Assembly (NCBI GenBank): GCA_020343515.1
Contig: CP070798.1
Coordinates: 5,692-69,691, forward strand
Source of the DNA: Thermoplasmatales archaeon
GTDB lineage: Archaea > Thermoplasmatota > E2 > DHVEG-1
Direction of reading: 5' to 3'
Length of the DNA: 64,000 bases
This document shows positions 8,329 through 17,279 of this stretch, one piece after another; within the stretch, counting starts at the first letter, position 1; each line of letters opens with the position of its first letter. Position numbers and translations under genes: made by a program. The notes beneath the pieces are model-generated. The model ran no database searches, was not told the DNA's origin, and worked only from the letters and a program-made list of their open reading frames with translations.

Positions 8329-9366
8329 ATGGATATAGATGCAGTAAACTCAGATAACAGCACGTACCAGTTTCTTAGAGGAGCTGATATCACACCTCAA
8401 GATGATGCATTTCATGGGAATATTAACATTTTAGATGTTGAATGGTGGTATTTTGACGGCATATTTGACAATGGATATAGTATCCATGTGGGAGTGAGAA
8501 CCTATCATATAAGAAACAGTGGCATTGTAGAATTCAGGATTAACATCTACAAAAATGGAAAAATCGAAGTTGAATCAACGAAGACCGATCTATTCAGTAA
8601 TTTTTTTTCGTCATATGACCGCCCCCATATTGCTATCAATGGTAAACAGGTCATCGAATTTGATCAAGATCATTATAAAGAAACTGGAAAATGGAGATAT
8701 TATGTAACATTAAAAATTGACAATCACGAGGCTAATCTCTCGTTTACTGGCACCACCCAGGGATGGAAAATCGAGACATCTGATACATGCTGGACGGTTG
8801 CATTACCCAAGGCTAAAGTTACTGGAACAATAACTGCCAATGGAAATACAATACAGGTAAAAGGAGTGGGGTATCATGATCATAACTGGGGGTATTCCCC
8901 CACTACAATGTTTAAGAATTTGGGATGGTTCTGGGGACGCATCATTGGAGATACATTGAACATAACCTGGACAAAAACAATGCAAACTATCAAAAAAGGA
9001 GATTTAATAGCAATAGTAAACCAAGATGAAAACAACATCCAGGACAAAAAAGAATTCTATAGCATCCCTCCAACAAATATCTTATTCGCCCTGGAAAAGT
9101 TTGAGAAAAACCATCGACAGTTGATACCCACTGAGTTTGATTTACAGATAATAGATACTATCTCAGATAATAATATCCCGATAAATGCACACATACATAT
9201 GATAACTCTTTATACGCAACACACGAGAATTTTTACTGCCCATTACTGGAGATACCTTGTCAAAGCAACTGGAAAAATATCTCTAGGTTCTACAACTGAA
9301 ACATTAGATGACAAAACGCAGATAATGGAATATCTCAGTTTCAAATCACAAAGCCCTAGAAGATGA
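8329..9366 (+). CDS. CrtC/AttH-like (hydroxyneurosporene-synthase-fold, lipocalin-like) protein
   Basis: The DVEWWYFDG motif and a later HDHNWGY motif resemble the CrtC/AttH family. I prefer ATG 8329 to the TTG at 8281. I see no signal peptide. Confidence 0.5.
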   Translation: MDIDAVNSDNSTYQFLRGADITPQDDAFHGNINILDVEWWYFDGIFDNGYSIHVGVRTYHIRNSGIVEFRINIYKNGKIEVESTKTDLFSNFFSSYDRPHIAINGKQVIEFDQDHYKETGKWRYYVTLKIDNHEANLSFTGTTQGWKIETSDTCWTVALPKAKVTGTITANGNTIQVKGVGYHDHNWGYSPTTMFKNLGWFWGRIIGDTLNITWTKTMQTIKKGDLIAIVNQDENNIQDKKEFYSIPPTNILFALEKFEKNHRQLIPTEFDLQIIDTISDNNIPINAHIHMITLYTQHTRIFTAHYWRYLVKATGKISLGSTTETLDDKTQIMEYLSFKSQSPRR

Positions 9367-9438
9367 AAGTCAATTAATATGGAATAAAAAGAGTTCTGTA
9401 GTATGTTTTCTATTTGGACGAAACATAATTAAATATTC

Positions 9439-10722
9439 TTGTTATACAATCAAATCGTGTTTCAATTACCAAGGGGAACAAGGGATTTTACTCCAGAAGA
9501 AATGGAAAAACGTAGATATATTAAAGAAAACATGACATCTACGTTTAGATCATTTGGATATGAGGAGATTCAAACCCCAACATTTGAGACGTTAGAACTT
9601 TTCACTGCCAAATCTGGGGATTTAATTGTTGACGAGATTTACGCTTTTTCTGATAAAGGTGGTAGAGAGCTTGCTCTAAGGCCGGAACTTACTGCTCCGG
9701 TAATACGTTTTTATGTGGAAAAAATGCAGATGGAACCCAAACCTTTAAAGTTATTCTATTTCGGTAATTGTTTCAGATATGATCGACCGCAAAAAGGGAG
9801 ATATCGGGAGTTCTGGCAGTCAGGCTGCGAGATACTAGGTACTGATACGCCAGAAGCATACGCTGAGCTCGTTGCCATGGCTTATACGGTTTTAAAAAAC
9901 GTTGGTTTAAATGACATAAAGCTGAGTATAGGGAATCTAACAATTCTACACTCTATTTTTACGAAACTTGGCTTGTCAAAAGACGATCAAAAGCAACTAT
10001 TTCCATTGATCGACAAATCCCAATTTGAAGACATCTTATCGTTATTATTAGATTGCAATATCAAACCTAAGGATGCGGAACACTTTATATATATGCTTGA
10101 AAAATCAGACATAAACGAAGTTAAAGAATTTATCAAAAATGATAGATCTGCAATGGGTGAACTCTCCAATATGGAAACATTATTAGATTTGCTAAAAAGT
10201 TCATTTAATGTAAAGGATTTTCAAATAAAGCTAAGTATTGTAAGAGGGCTTGATTACTATAAAGGATTGGTCTTCGAGATAGATGCACCGATATTGGGAG
10301 CAGAAAAACAACTTTGCGGTGGAGGAGCGTACGATTTAGTTAAATTATTTGGTGGAAGAGACACCCCCACCGCAGGTTTTGCTATAGGTTTTGACCGAAC
10401 TCTCCTTGCCTTAGAAATTGAAAAATTTTCCTTCTCCTCATCTAAAGCAGATGTGTATATTATACCTGTAAATGAAGAAGCTATCAAAAAATCTATTGAA
10501 ATATCTCAACATTTACGAAAACAAGGTGTTTTAACAGACATAGATCTTTTACGCAGGGGAGCTAGCAAATCTTTGAAATATGCAAATGCTAAGAAAGTTG
10601 AAAAGGCTATTATAGTAGGTCCAAAGGAGTTAGAGAAAGCCTCTGTTACTCTTAGAGATATGGAAACCGGGGATCAAGAAATCGTAAAAATAGAAGATTT
10701 AATCTTTAGATTAAAAAAATAG
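9439..10722 (+). CDS. hisS: histidine--tRNA ligase
   Basis: PRGTRDF, ALRPELTAPVIRF, FRYDRPQKGRYREFWQ and GGGAYD are class II HisRS motifs, followed by a C-terminal anticodon-binding domain. The start is uncertain (TTG 9439 or a nearby GTG). Confidence 0.9.
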   Translation: MLYNQIVFQLPRGTRDFTPEEMEKRRYIKENMTSTFRSFGYEEIQTPTFETLELFTAKSGDLIVDEIYAFSDKGGRELALRPELTAPVIRFYVEKMQMEPKPLKLFYFGNCFRYDRPQKGRYREFWQSGCEILGTDTPEAYAELVAMAYTVLKNVGLNDIKLSIGNLTILHSIFTKLGLSKDDQKQLFPLIDKSQFEDILSLLLDCNIKPKDAEHFIYMLEKSDINEVKEFIKNDRSAMGELSNMETLLDLLKSSFNVKDFQIKLSIVRGLDYYKGLVFEIDAPILGAEKQLCGGGAYDLVKLFGGRDTPTAGFAIGFDRTLLALEIEKFSFSSSKADVYIIPVNEEAIKKSIEISQHLRKQGVLTDIDLLRRGASKSLKYANAKKVEKAIIVGPKELEKASVTLRDMETGDQEIVKIEDLIFRLKK

Positions 10723-10739
10723 TTGATTTAATTTTTACT

Positions 10740-11261
10740 ATGAAAAAACAGCTTTTCATAATAGATACCTCAGCAATTCTCTCAGGGAAACCTATTAATC
10801 TAGTTGATGCAGAAATGGCGACGACGCCCTCTGTCTCTGATGAGCTACAGCCTGGAGGTAGAGATTATAGAACATTACAATTTCTTCAAGAAAAAGGACT
10901 GGTCATTCAATCACCATCAGAAGAATCGATACGTAAAATAAAAAAAAGCTCCGTAGAAACGGGGGATAAAGATAGATTATCATGTGCAGATGTTGATATA
11001 CTTGCTTTGGCTTTAGATGTAAACAAAAAAGATGAAAACCAGGAGGCTGTAATTTTAACAGATGATTACTCTATCCAAAATGTCGCAAATGCCTTAAATA
11101 TAAAATTCCAAAGTTTTTCACAGATAGGAATAACAAAAAAGTTTAAATGGCATTACCGTTGTCCAGGGTGCGGTAAACAATTCAAAACATCGATAAAAAT
11201 CTGCCCTGTTTGTGGAACAGAAACAAAGATTTCAATCGGCCATAAAAACCACATGAAATAG
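10740..11261 (+). CDS. nob1: Nob1-like endoribonuclease (PIN domain plus C-terminal zinc ribbon)
   Basis: An N-terminal PIN-type FIIDTSA...TDDYSIQN region is followed by CPGCG...CPVCG. This is the archaeal Nob1 architecture and size. Confidence 0.75.
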   Translation: MKKQLFIIDTSAILSGKPINLVDAEMATTPSVSDELQPGGRDYRTLQFLQEKGLVIQSPSEESIRKIKKSSVETGDKDRLSCADVDILALALDVNKKDENQEAVILTDDYSIQNVANALNIKFQSFSQIGITKKFKWHYRCPGCGKQFKTSIKICPVCGTETKISIGHKNHMK

Positions 11262-11270
11262 TGATTTTGC

Positions 11271-12089
11271 ATGAATATCAAAGAAATGTTTATACGGTTT
11301 TGGCGAAGTGATAATGAGAAAGTCTCACTAGTGCGAGATGTATTTGTTGCTGTATTGGCAGTTCTAGTGGTTTTGCTAGTCCTGTGGGCCTATACCGGGC
11401 AGTGGTTTGCTGCACCAATGGTCGCTATTGAATCAGGTAGCATGGAACATAATAACTCACCATTCGGACGACTTGGGACGATAGATGCAGGTGACATGGT
11501 TCTTGTACAGAAAGTTTATACTAAAGATGATTTAATCACTCATGGGGGAAACTTCGGTGGTGCAAGTGAAAAAGAAGATCCCAGTAATTTTTTTTATGGA
11601 GATTGGGGTGACGTCGTTATTTATAAACCATTGGGTAGGGAGGATGTCTCTCAGATTATTCATAGACTTATGTGTTGGGTTGATGTAAACACAGAAGGGG
11701 AAACAACGTATACAATTGCTGAGTATGGTGTATTAAACGAGACATCAATTAACATACCTGAACTTGGATTACGTAATAGCAAGCCTTCGTGGGAGCATTC
11801 AGGATATCTAACAAAGGGGGACAATAACAAGGTAATCGATCAAATATCAGATATCTGTCCTCAGCCAATAAAAATAGGTTGGATATCTGGAAAAGCACGA
11901 TTAGAAATTCCATGGCTTGGCACAATAAATCTTTTTTTTGAAGATATAATTAGTGGTAAAAATACAGTTAGCAATGTGCATGAAGATTCTTTGATATGTT
12001 TGGGATTAGTAATAGTAATACTTGTTTCAATACCCATTATACTTGATGTGAAGGATTATCTACGGGATAAGAAAAATCGAGAAACCTAG
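11271..12089 (+). CDS. signal peptidase I, archaeal/eukaryal (S26B, Sec11-like) type
   Basis: An N-terminal TM segment is followed by the SGSME catalytic-Ser motif and the TKGDNN motif. A C-terminal TM segment is present. Confidence 0.8.
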   Translation: MNIKEMFIRFWRSDNEKVSLVRDVFVAVLAVLVVLLVLWAYTGQWFAAPMVAIESGSMEHNNSPFGRLGTIDAGDMVLVQKVYTKDDLITHGGNFGGASEKEDPSNFFYGDWGDVVIYKPLGREDVSQIIHRLMCWVDVNTEGETTYTIAEYGVLNETSINIPELGLRNSKPSWEHSGYLTKGDNNKVIDQISDICPQPIKIGWISGKARLEIPWLGTINLFFEDIISGKNTVSNVHEDSLICLGLVIVILVSIPIILDVKDYLRDKKNRET

Positions 12090-12111
12090 GCTTTGTCATA
12101 TCTGAGATAAA

Positions 12112-12816
12112 TCAGCTTGTATACCAATCTGGATAATATTCATATGGCATAGGATCTTTAGCTTCTGCCTCTTTAAATCCTTTTAACCGCAGTAAACATG
12201 AATCACAACGACCGCAGGCCTTCTCCCCTCCCCTATAGCAAGACCAAGTATCTGCAAGTGGAGCTTTAAGTTTCAGGCCTATTTTGATAATCTCAGATTT
12301 TGGTAAACGTAAAAGAGGGGCCTCTATTTTAATTGGTCTCCCTTCAGCACCTATTTTTGTGGCGACATCCGCCATTTTTTGATATGCGTGTATGTATTCA
12401 GGTCTGCAATCTGGATAGGCGGAGTAATCTACTGCATTTGCTCCTATAAATATGGCATCTGCCTCAATTGATTCGGCATATGCTAATGCCAATGAAAGAA
12501 AAACGGTGTTCCTTGCTGGCACGTATGTTGATGGAATTTCCTTACCAATTTCTTTTAAACCGTGATCTTGAATAAAGTTCGCTGATTTATTGAGAAGAGA
12601 GGATTTGCTAAACTTTTGTAAGTCGACATCAAGTATAACATGATCCTCAGCACCAACTGCCCTGGCAATTTTATTTGAACATTCAAGTTCTTTTTTATGA
12701 AGTTGGCCATAGCGAAAAGAAATGGCATATATCCCGTATCCTTGCTCTTTTGCAATAAAGGAAGTTACACATGAATCAAGACCACCCGAGATCAGAGATA
12801 CTGCTTTTTTAGCCAT
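12112..12816 (-). CDS. queC: 7-cyano-7-deazaguanine synthase
   Basis: The SGGLDS PP-loop and the C-terminal CGRCDSCLLR zinc cluster are present, and the length fits. Confidence 0.9.
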   Translation of the reverse strand: MAKKAVSLISGGLDSCVTSFIAKEQGYGIYAISFRYGQLHKKELECSNKIARAVGAEDHVILDVDLQKFSKSSLLNKSANFIQDHGLKEIGKEIPSTYVPARNTVFLSLALAYAESIEADAIFIGANAVDYSAYPDCRPEYIHAYQKMADVATKIGAEGRPIKIEAPLLRLPKSEIIKIGLKLKAPLADTWSCYRGGEKACGRCDSCLLRLKGFKEAEAKDPMPYEYYPDWYTS

Positions 12817-12820
12817 GGAT

Positions 12821-13297
12821 TTAACCCAGGATTTTTTCTACCATTGCACTCTGGCCAAAGCCCTCATCCACTCCAATTTCTATCTTTCTTACGTTTTTCG
12901 GTAGATCGATTTTCTTCAATAATTCCTCTAAGATATATAATGCGAGGTTTTCAGCAGTAATACTTTCAAATGGAAGAAGAACACAATCATCTCTTGGAAA
13001 AACATATTTTTTGCCTTCTGCATTAATCCTAATTTCTTTCTCAGCTACGACAACATATTCATTTTTCTCTGGAATCAACGTCCTGTGATCCAATGGATCT
13101 GCAATCTCTTTAAGAGTGGATTTCAGCAGGGAGAAATCAATGACATAGCCTTGTTCATCTTTCTCTCCATACACATGAGAGTGAATTGCATAGGAATGTC
13201 CATGTAGGAATCCACATTTTTTATGACCTGGTAAGAGATGGCTCGATGAAAACCGTATGTTGGTTTTCCATCCATCGATTTCCACTGAGAATGCCAT
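12821..13297 (-). CDS. queD: 6-carboxy-5,6,7,8-tetrahydropterin synthase (PTPS family)
   Basis: SSSHLLPGHKKCGFLHGHSY carries the Cys and His-x-His zinc motifs of the QueD/PTPS family. The gene lies 4 nt upstream of queC. Confidence 0.85.
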   Translation of the reverse strand: MAFSVEIDGWKTNIRFSSSHLLPGHKKCGFLHGHSYAIHSHVYGEKDEQGYVIDFSLLKSTLKEIADPLDHRTLIPEKNEYVVVAEKEIRINAEGKKYVFPRDDCVLLPFESITAENLALYILEELLKKIDLPKNVRKIEIGVDEGFGQSAMVEKILG

Positions 13298-13307
13298 AGA
13301 AAACCTC

Positions 13308-14477
13308 TCATTTACCCCAGAGGGGGGATATCTGCCTTAGTTTTTCAACTATTTCTGGCAACACCCTGGAAACATATAGAATCTCCTCCTCTGTATTATC
13401 TCGACCAAGAGTAAGTCTTATTACACTATTTGACTCAACAGGGCTTAGGCCTATTGCTGTAAGCACATGCGATGCTTTTAGTTTCATAGAAGAGCATGCT
13501 GAACCTGTAGAAGTTGCTATCCCTTTTTCATCCAATCCTAGGAGTATTGATTCTCCTTCGACCGCAGTAAAACGGAAATGGGCATTGTTTACAAGTCTTT
13601 TTTCGGGGTGACCATTCAAATAAGTTTCTTCAACTTGTAAGGTGTTTTTAATCAATTTATCTCTTAAATTTTTGATATATTTTGTATCCTTTTCCATTCT
13701 TTTTTTTGCTAGTTCACAGGCCTTACCTAGTCCAACTATCCCAGGCATGTTATGCGTACTACTCCTTAAGCCTTTTTCATGTCCACCACCGTGAACAATA
13801 GGTTGAAGTTTCACCCCTTTTCTGATATATAAGGCTCCAATTCCTTTTGGTCCATAGATTTTGTGAGAGGATATAGAAAGCATATCGATGTTCAGCTTAT
13901 TTACATTAATAGGTACCTTTCCTATAGCCTGAACTGCGTCAGTATGAAAGGGAATGTTGTTTTCTTTTGCTACTTTACCGATTTCTTTAATGGGTTCTAT
14001 TGTACCGATTTCATTATTAGCAAACATTATAGTGATGAGAAAAGTGTTTTTGGAAATAGATTCTTGTAAATCATCAATTTTTATAATACCAAATTTATCT
14101 ACTGGTAGATACTTTACCTTAAATCCTTGCTTCTCCAAGTGTTTACATGTTTCAAGCACTGCAGGGTGCTCAATTGCAGAGGTGATAATGTGGGGTCCTT
14201 TTGATCCTCTTTTATTTTTATTTTGATAAGCCGCGCCTTTAATTGCAATGTTATCCGACTCAGTTCCTCCTGCGGTAAATATAATTTCATCTTCTTTTGC
14301 ATTTAACAGATCAGCTATTTTTTTTCTTGATTGATCAAGAGCTTCATGTACTATCCGCCCAAAGAGATGAAGTGATAAAGGATTTCCAAAATATTCAGAA
14401 AAAAAAGGGAGTATTGCATCTATTACTTCTTTGTCTACTTTAGTGGTGGATGCATAATCCATAAAAATTTTTTTCAT
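13308..14477 (-). CDS. nifS: cysteine desulfurase (NifS/IscS class)
   Basis: SSHKIYGPKG is the PLP-lysine motif and SGSACSS is the active-site Cys loop. The start abuts the nadA stop with no gap. Confidence 0.9.
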   Translation of the reverse strand: MKKIFMDYASTTKVDKEVIDAILPFFSEYFGNPLSLHLFGRIVHEALDQSRKKIADLLNAKEDEIIFTAGGTESDNIAIKGAAYQNKNKRGSKGPHIITSAIEHPAVLETCKHLEKQGFKVKYLPVDKFGIIKIDDLQESISKNTFLITIMFANNEIGTIEPIKEIGKVAKENNIPFHTDAVQAIGKVPINVNKLNIDMLSISSHKIYGPKGIGALYIRKGVKLQPIVHGGGHEKGLRSSTHNMPGIVGLGKACELAKKRMEKDTKYIKNLRDKLIKNTLQVEETYLNGHPEKRLVNNAHFRFTAVEGESILLGLDEKGIATSTGSACSSMKLKASHVLTAIGLSPVESNSVIRLTLGRDNTEEEILYVSRVLPEIVEKLRQISPLWGK

Positions 14478-15395
14478 TTAATCGCCTCGCCCTATATCTA
14501 TCATTCTTTGTAAAGGCAACTTAGCCTTCTCAATTGTCGTTTCAGATAACTCTACCTTTGGTTCTAAGCTCTTCATGCTTTTTAAAACTTTTTCCAATGT
14601 TATTCTTTTCATATTTGGGCAAACGGCTGATTTTAACGAGTAAAAAGTTTTATCAAGATTCTCCTTTTTTAACCTATAGCAAAGCTCTTTTTCTGTACCT
14701 ATTATGAATTCCTTTGAGTCCGCTTTTGAAACATAATTAACCATCCCCTGTGTTGAAAACACATGATCAGCGATATCTATTACCTCAGGTCTACATTCCG
14801 GGTGCACAATAATCTCAGCGTTTTGATGTTGTTTTTTAATTTCCAGTATTTCCTCCTCACTAATTCTATGGTGGGTCGGACAGATACCGGGCCATAAAAT
14901 AAGATTCTTATCATGTATGAATCGCTTAACATAAAGCCCGAGGTTGGTATCAGGAATGAATATGACGTCTTTCTCTTTTACACTTTTAATTACTTTAATC
15001 GCATTTGATGATGTACAGCAAACATCTGTTACCGCCTTTACATCAGCAGTTGTATTGACATAAGCAACAACTACTGCTTGGGGATTTTTATCTTTAAACC
15101 AGCCTAGGCTCTCGACATCCACCATAGCGGCCATGGGACACTGCGCTTTTTTATCAGGATGAACGACGATCTTATCTGGATTAAGAATCTTTGCACTTTC
15201 AGCCATGAAATCTACGCCGCAAAACACTATTACTTCTGCATCTGTTTCCATAGCTTTCATAGATAGACCTAATGAATCGCCAACAAAATCAGCAATGTCC
15301 TGTACATCTGGAATTTGATAGTTATGTGCGAGAATTACTGCATTAAGTTTGTGTTTTAGCTCTTTTATCTTAGTCTCGATTTCTTTTTTATCCAT
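14478..15395 (-). CDS. nadA: quinolinate synthase
   Basis: The AHNYQIPDVQDIADFVGDSL, CPMA and VHPEC motifs are present. I prefer the internal ATG at 15395 (MDKKEIE...). The 28-codon N-terminal extension in the ORF track is atypical for NadA. Confidence 0.88.
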   Translation of the reverse strand: MDKKEIETKIKELKHKLNAVILAHNYQIPDVQDIADFVGDSLGLSMKAMETDAEVIVFCGVDFMAESAKILNPDKIVVHPDKKAQCPMAAMVDVESLGWFKDKNPQAVVVAYVNTTADVKAVTDVCCTSSNAIKVIKSVKEKDVIFIPDTNLGLYVKRFIHDKNLILWPGICPTHHRISEEEILEIKKQHQNAEIIVHPECRPEVIDIADHVFSTQGMVNYVSKADSKEFIIGTEKELCYRLKKENLDKTFYSLKSAVCPNMKRITLEKVLKSMKSLEPKVELSETTIEKAKLPLQRMIDIGRGD

Positions 15396-15527
15396 AGAAT
15401 AAAACCCATTTGTTTTTGTCCTGAATAACCGAAATAAACATAAAGATTGCCCTTCTCTATTTTTATTCTGCGAAGGCAAATCTATTTATCTATGAAATTG
15501 AATTACATTTAGGAGGATGGATATATC

Positions 15528-15962
15528 ATGGATGTATTATCGGTCATCATAGGTATAATTATTGGAGTCGTTTCAGTTGGATTTGCAATCGAGTTAGGAA
15601 TGAAAAGAACAAATGTAAAGCAACCTGCATCACGACCTACACATAAGTGGAGTATTTCAGAGATAACAAATCCCAGGATTGTTGCCGAACATATGGGTGA
15701 CATGGAAGTCCCAAAGAATGCAAAAATAGTTGTAAATCAATACGACAACAAAGACATGTTCAGAGGAAGACAAGTAAAAGAACATTCTGGCATACGAGGT
15801 AATTTTGTTCTTGGCGATGACAGAGCGCTTATTCTAGCAGGACCTATAAAAGAAGATGAGTTAGGCATATGGACTATTGAAAAAGAGATGCTAGAAAAAC
15901 TAAATAGATATTTTGAAGATAGTTGGTACAAAGCAACAAATATGAAACATGAAGAGCAGTAA
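15528..15962 (+). CDS. membrane-anchored hypothetical protein
   Basis: A single N-terminal TM helix is followed by a roughly 110-aa soluble domain. An AGGAGG ribosome-binding site precedes the start. The stop lies 2 nt before the mtaD start. Confidence 0.6.
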   Translation: MDVLSVIIGIIIGVVSVGFAIELGMKRTNVKQPASRPTHKWSISEITNPRIVAEHMGDMEVPKNAKIVVNQYDNKDMFRGRQVKEHSGIRGNFVLGDDRALILAGPIKEDELGIWTIEKEMLEKLNRYFEDSWYKATNMKHEEQ

Positions 15963-15964
15963 CC

Positions 15965-17254
15965 ATGAGCATTCTCATTAAAAAAGCTATTATCTTAACT
16001 CAGAATAAAAAAAGAGAGCAACTACATGGAGATATCTATATAGAAGATCAAGATATCATCCAAGTTTCTAAAAGACCTATTTCAACTGAAGCTGACTATA
16101 AAATAGACGGTAATAAAAAATTAATTCTTCCTGGGTTAATAAACACTCATACTCATATTCCAATGACTTTGTTGCGGGGTTATAGTGACGATATTATTTT
16201 ACAGGAGTGGTTAGAGCAAAGAGTTTGGCCTGTAGAAGCACAAATAGATAGTAAGTCAGTTGAAATTGGTACTAAACTTGGATTGCTTGAAATGATATCT
16301 TCAGGTACAACCACGTTTATGGACATGTATTTTTTTGAAGATACAATAGGAAAAACTGCAGAAAAAGCTGAGATGCGCTCATTCATTGGTTTTGCCTTTA
16401 TTGATTTTGGTACGCCAGAATACAATCCAGAAAAACTAGTTCCAGAGTGTGAAAGATTTGTAAAGAGATGGAAAGACCATGAGATCGTTAAACCTGTTAT
16501 TGCACCACATGGTGTATATACTTGTGGTCCAGAAAATCTTCAGAAATCACTCGAAATTGCTAACAAACATGATGCTCTCCTACATATTCACTGTTCTGAA
16601 ACTCGTGAAGAAGTGTATAATGTTCAAAAGAAGTATAAGCTTAGACCTGTAGGGGTACTAAAAAAATATGGTCTTCTCTGTGATAAAATGGTTCTTGCTC
16701 ATTGTGGATGGATTACAAAAAATGAGATAGGGGATATTAAAAATGGTGGAGCAAAGGTTTCACATTGTCCTGTGAGTAATATGAAAATAGCCACTGGTGG
16801 TTATGCACCTATTCCTGAGATGTTGGAGGCAAACGCTATTGTTAGTCTTGGTACAGATGGAGCGGCCAGTAATAATACATTAGACATGTTTGACACTATG
16901 AAATTTTGTGCTTTAGTTCATAAACAACATCGTTGGGATCCAAGTATTCTTCCAGCGCAAACAGTATTGGATTTTGCAACTATAGATGGATCTCGAGCGT
17001 TAGGAATAGGAAAAAAAGTCGGTTCTATCGAGGAAGGAAAAAAAGCTGATGTCATTATGATTGATTTAAATAAACCTCATCTCACACCACAACATGACTA
17101 TGTATCACATCTTGTTTATGCTGCACGTGGAGGCGATGTATGTACTACAATAACAAATGGAAAAGTCCTAATGCTTGAAAACAAGTTTTTAACATTAAAT
17201 TACAATAAGATAATTGATAATGCAGAAAAATGCGCTAAAGGGTTAACTTGTTAA
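15965..17254 (+). CDS. mtaD: 5-methylthioadenosine/S-adenosylhomocysteine deaminase (amidohydrolase superfamily)
   Basis: The LPGLINTHTHIPMTLLRG, HCSE and GTDGAASNN motifs are present. Length and pattern fit MtaD/SAH deaminase. Confidence 0.8.
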   Translation: MSILIKKAIILTQNKKREQLHGDIYIEDQDIIQVSKRPISTEADYKIDGNKKLILPGLINTHTHIPMTLLRGYSDDIILQEWLEQRVWPVEAQIDSKSVEIGTKLGLLEMISSGTTTFMDMYFFEDTIGKTAEKAEMRSFIGFAFIDFGTPEYNPEKLVPECERFVKRWKDHEIVKPVIAPHGVYTCGPENLQKSLEIANKHDALLHIHCSETREEVYNVQKKYKLRPVGVLKKYGLLCDKMVLAHCGWITKNEIGDIKNGGAKVSHCPVSNMKIATGGYAPIPEMLEANAIVSLGTDGAASNNTLDMFDTMKFCALVHKQHRWDPSILPAQTVLDFATIDGSRALGIGKKVGSIEEGKKADVIMIDLNKPHLTPQHDYVSHLVYAARGGDVCTTITNGKVLMLENKFLTLNYNKIIDNAEKCAKGLTC

Positions 17255-17279
17255 ATACTTTTTTCTTATCGAGGATACA

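Noticed and set aside
14478-15479. N-terminal extensions suggested by the ORF track at alternative start codons: nadA to 15479, the nitroreductase from 182, the glutaredoxin-like gene from 756, radB from 23164, metV from 55518, metF from 56188 and fbaB from 61709.
   Set aside because: The extensions overlap upstream genes or add atypical leader sequences. Internal ATG or TTG codons with GGAGG-like sites, or with alignment to known family N-termini, are available. Coordinates were trimmed accordingly, though the starts remain unverified.
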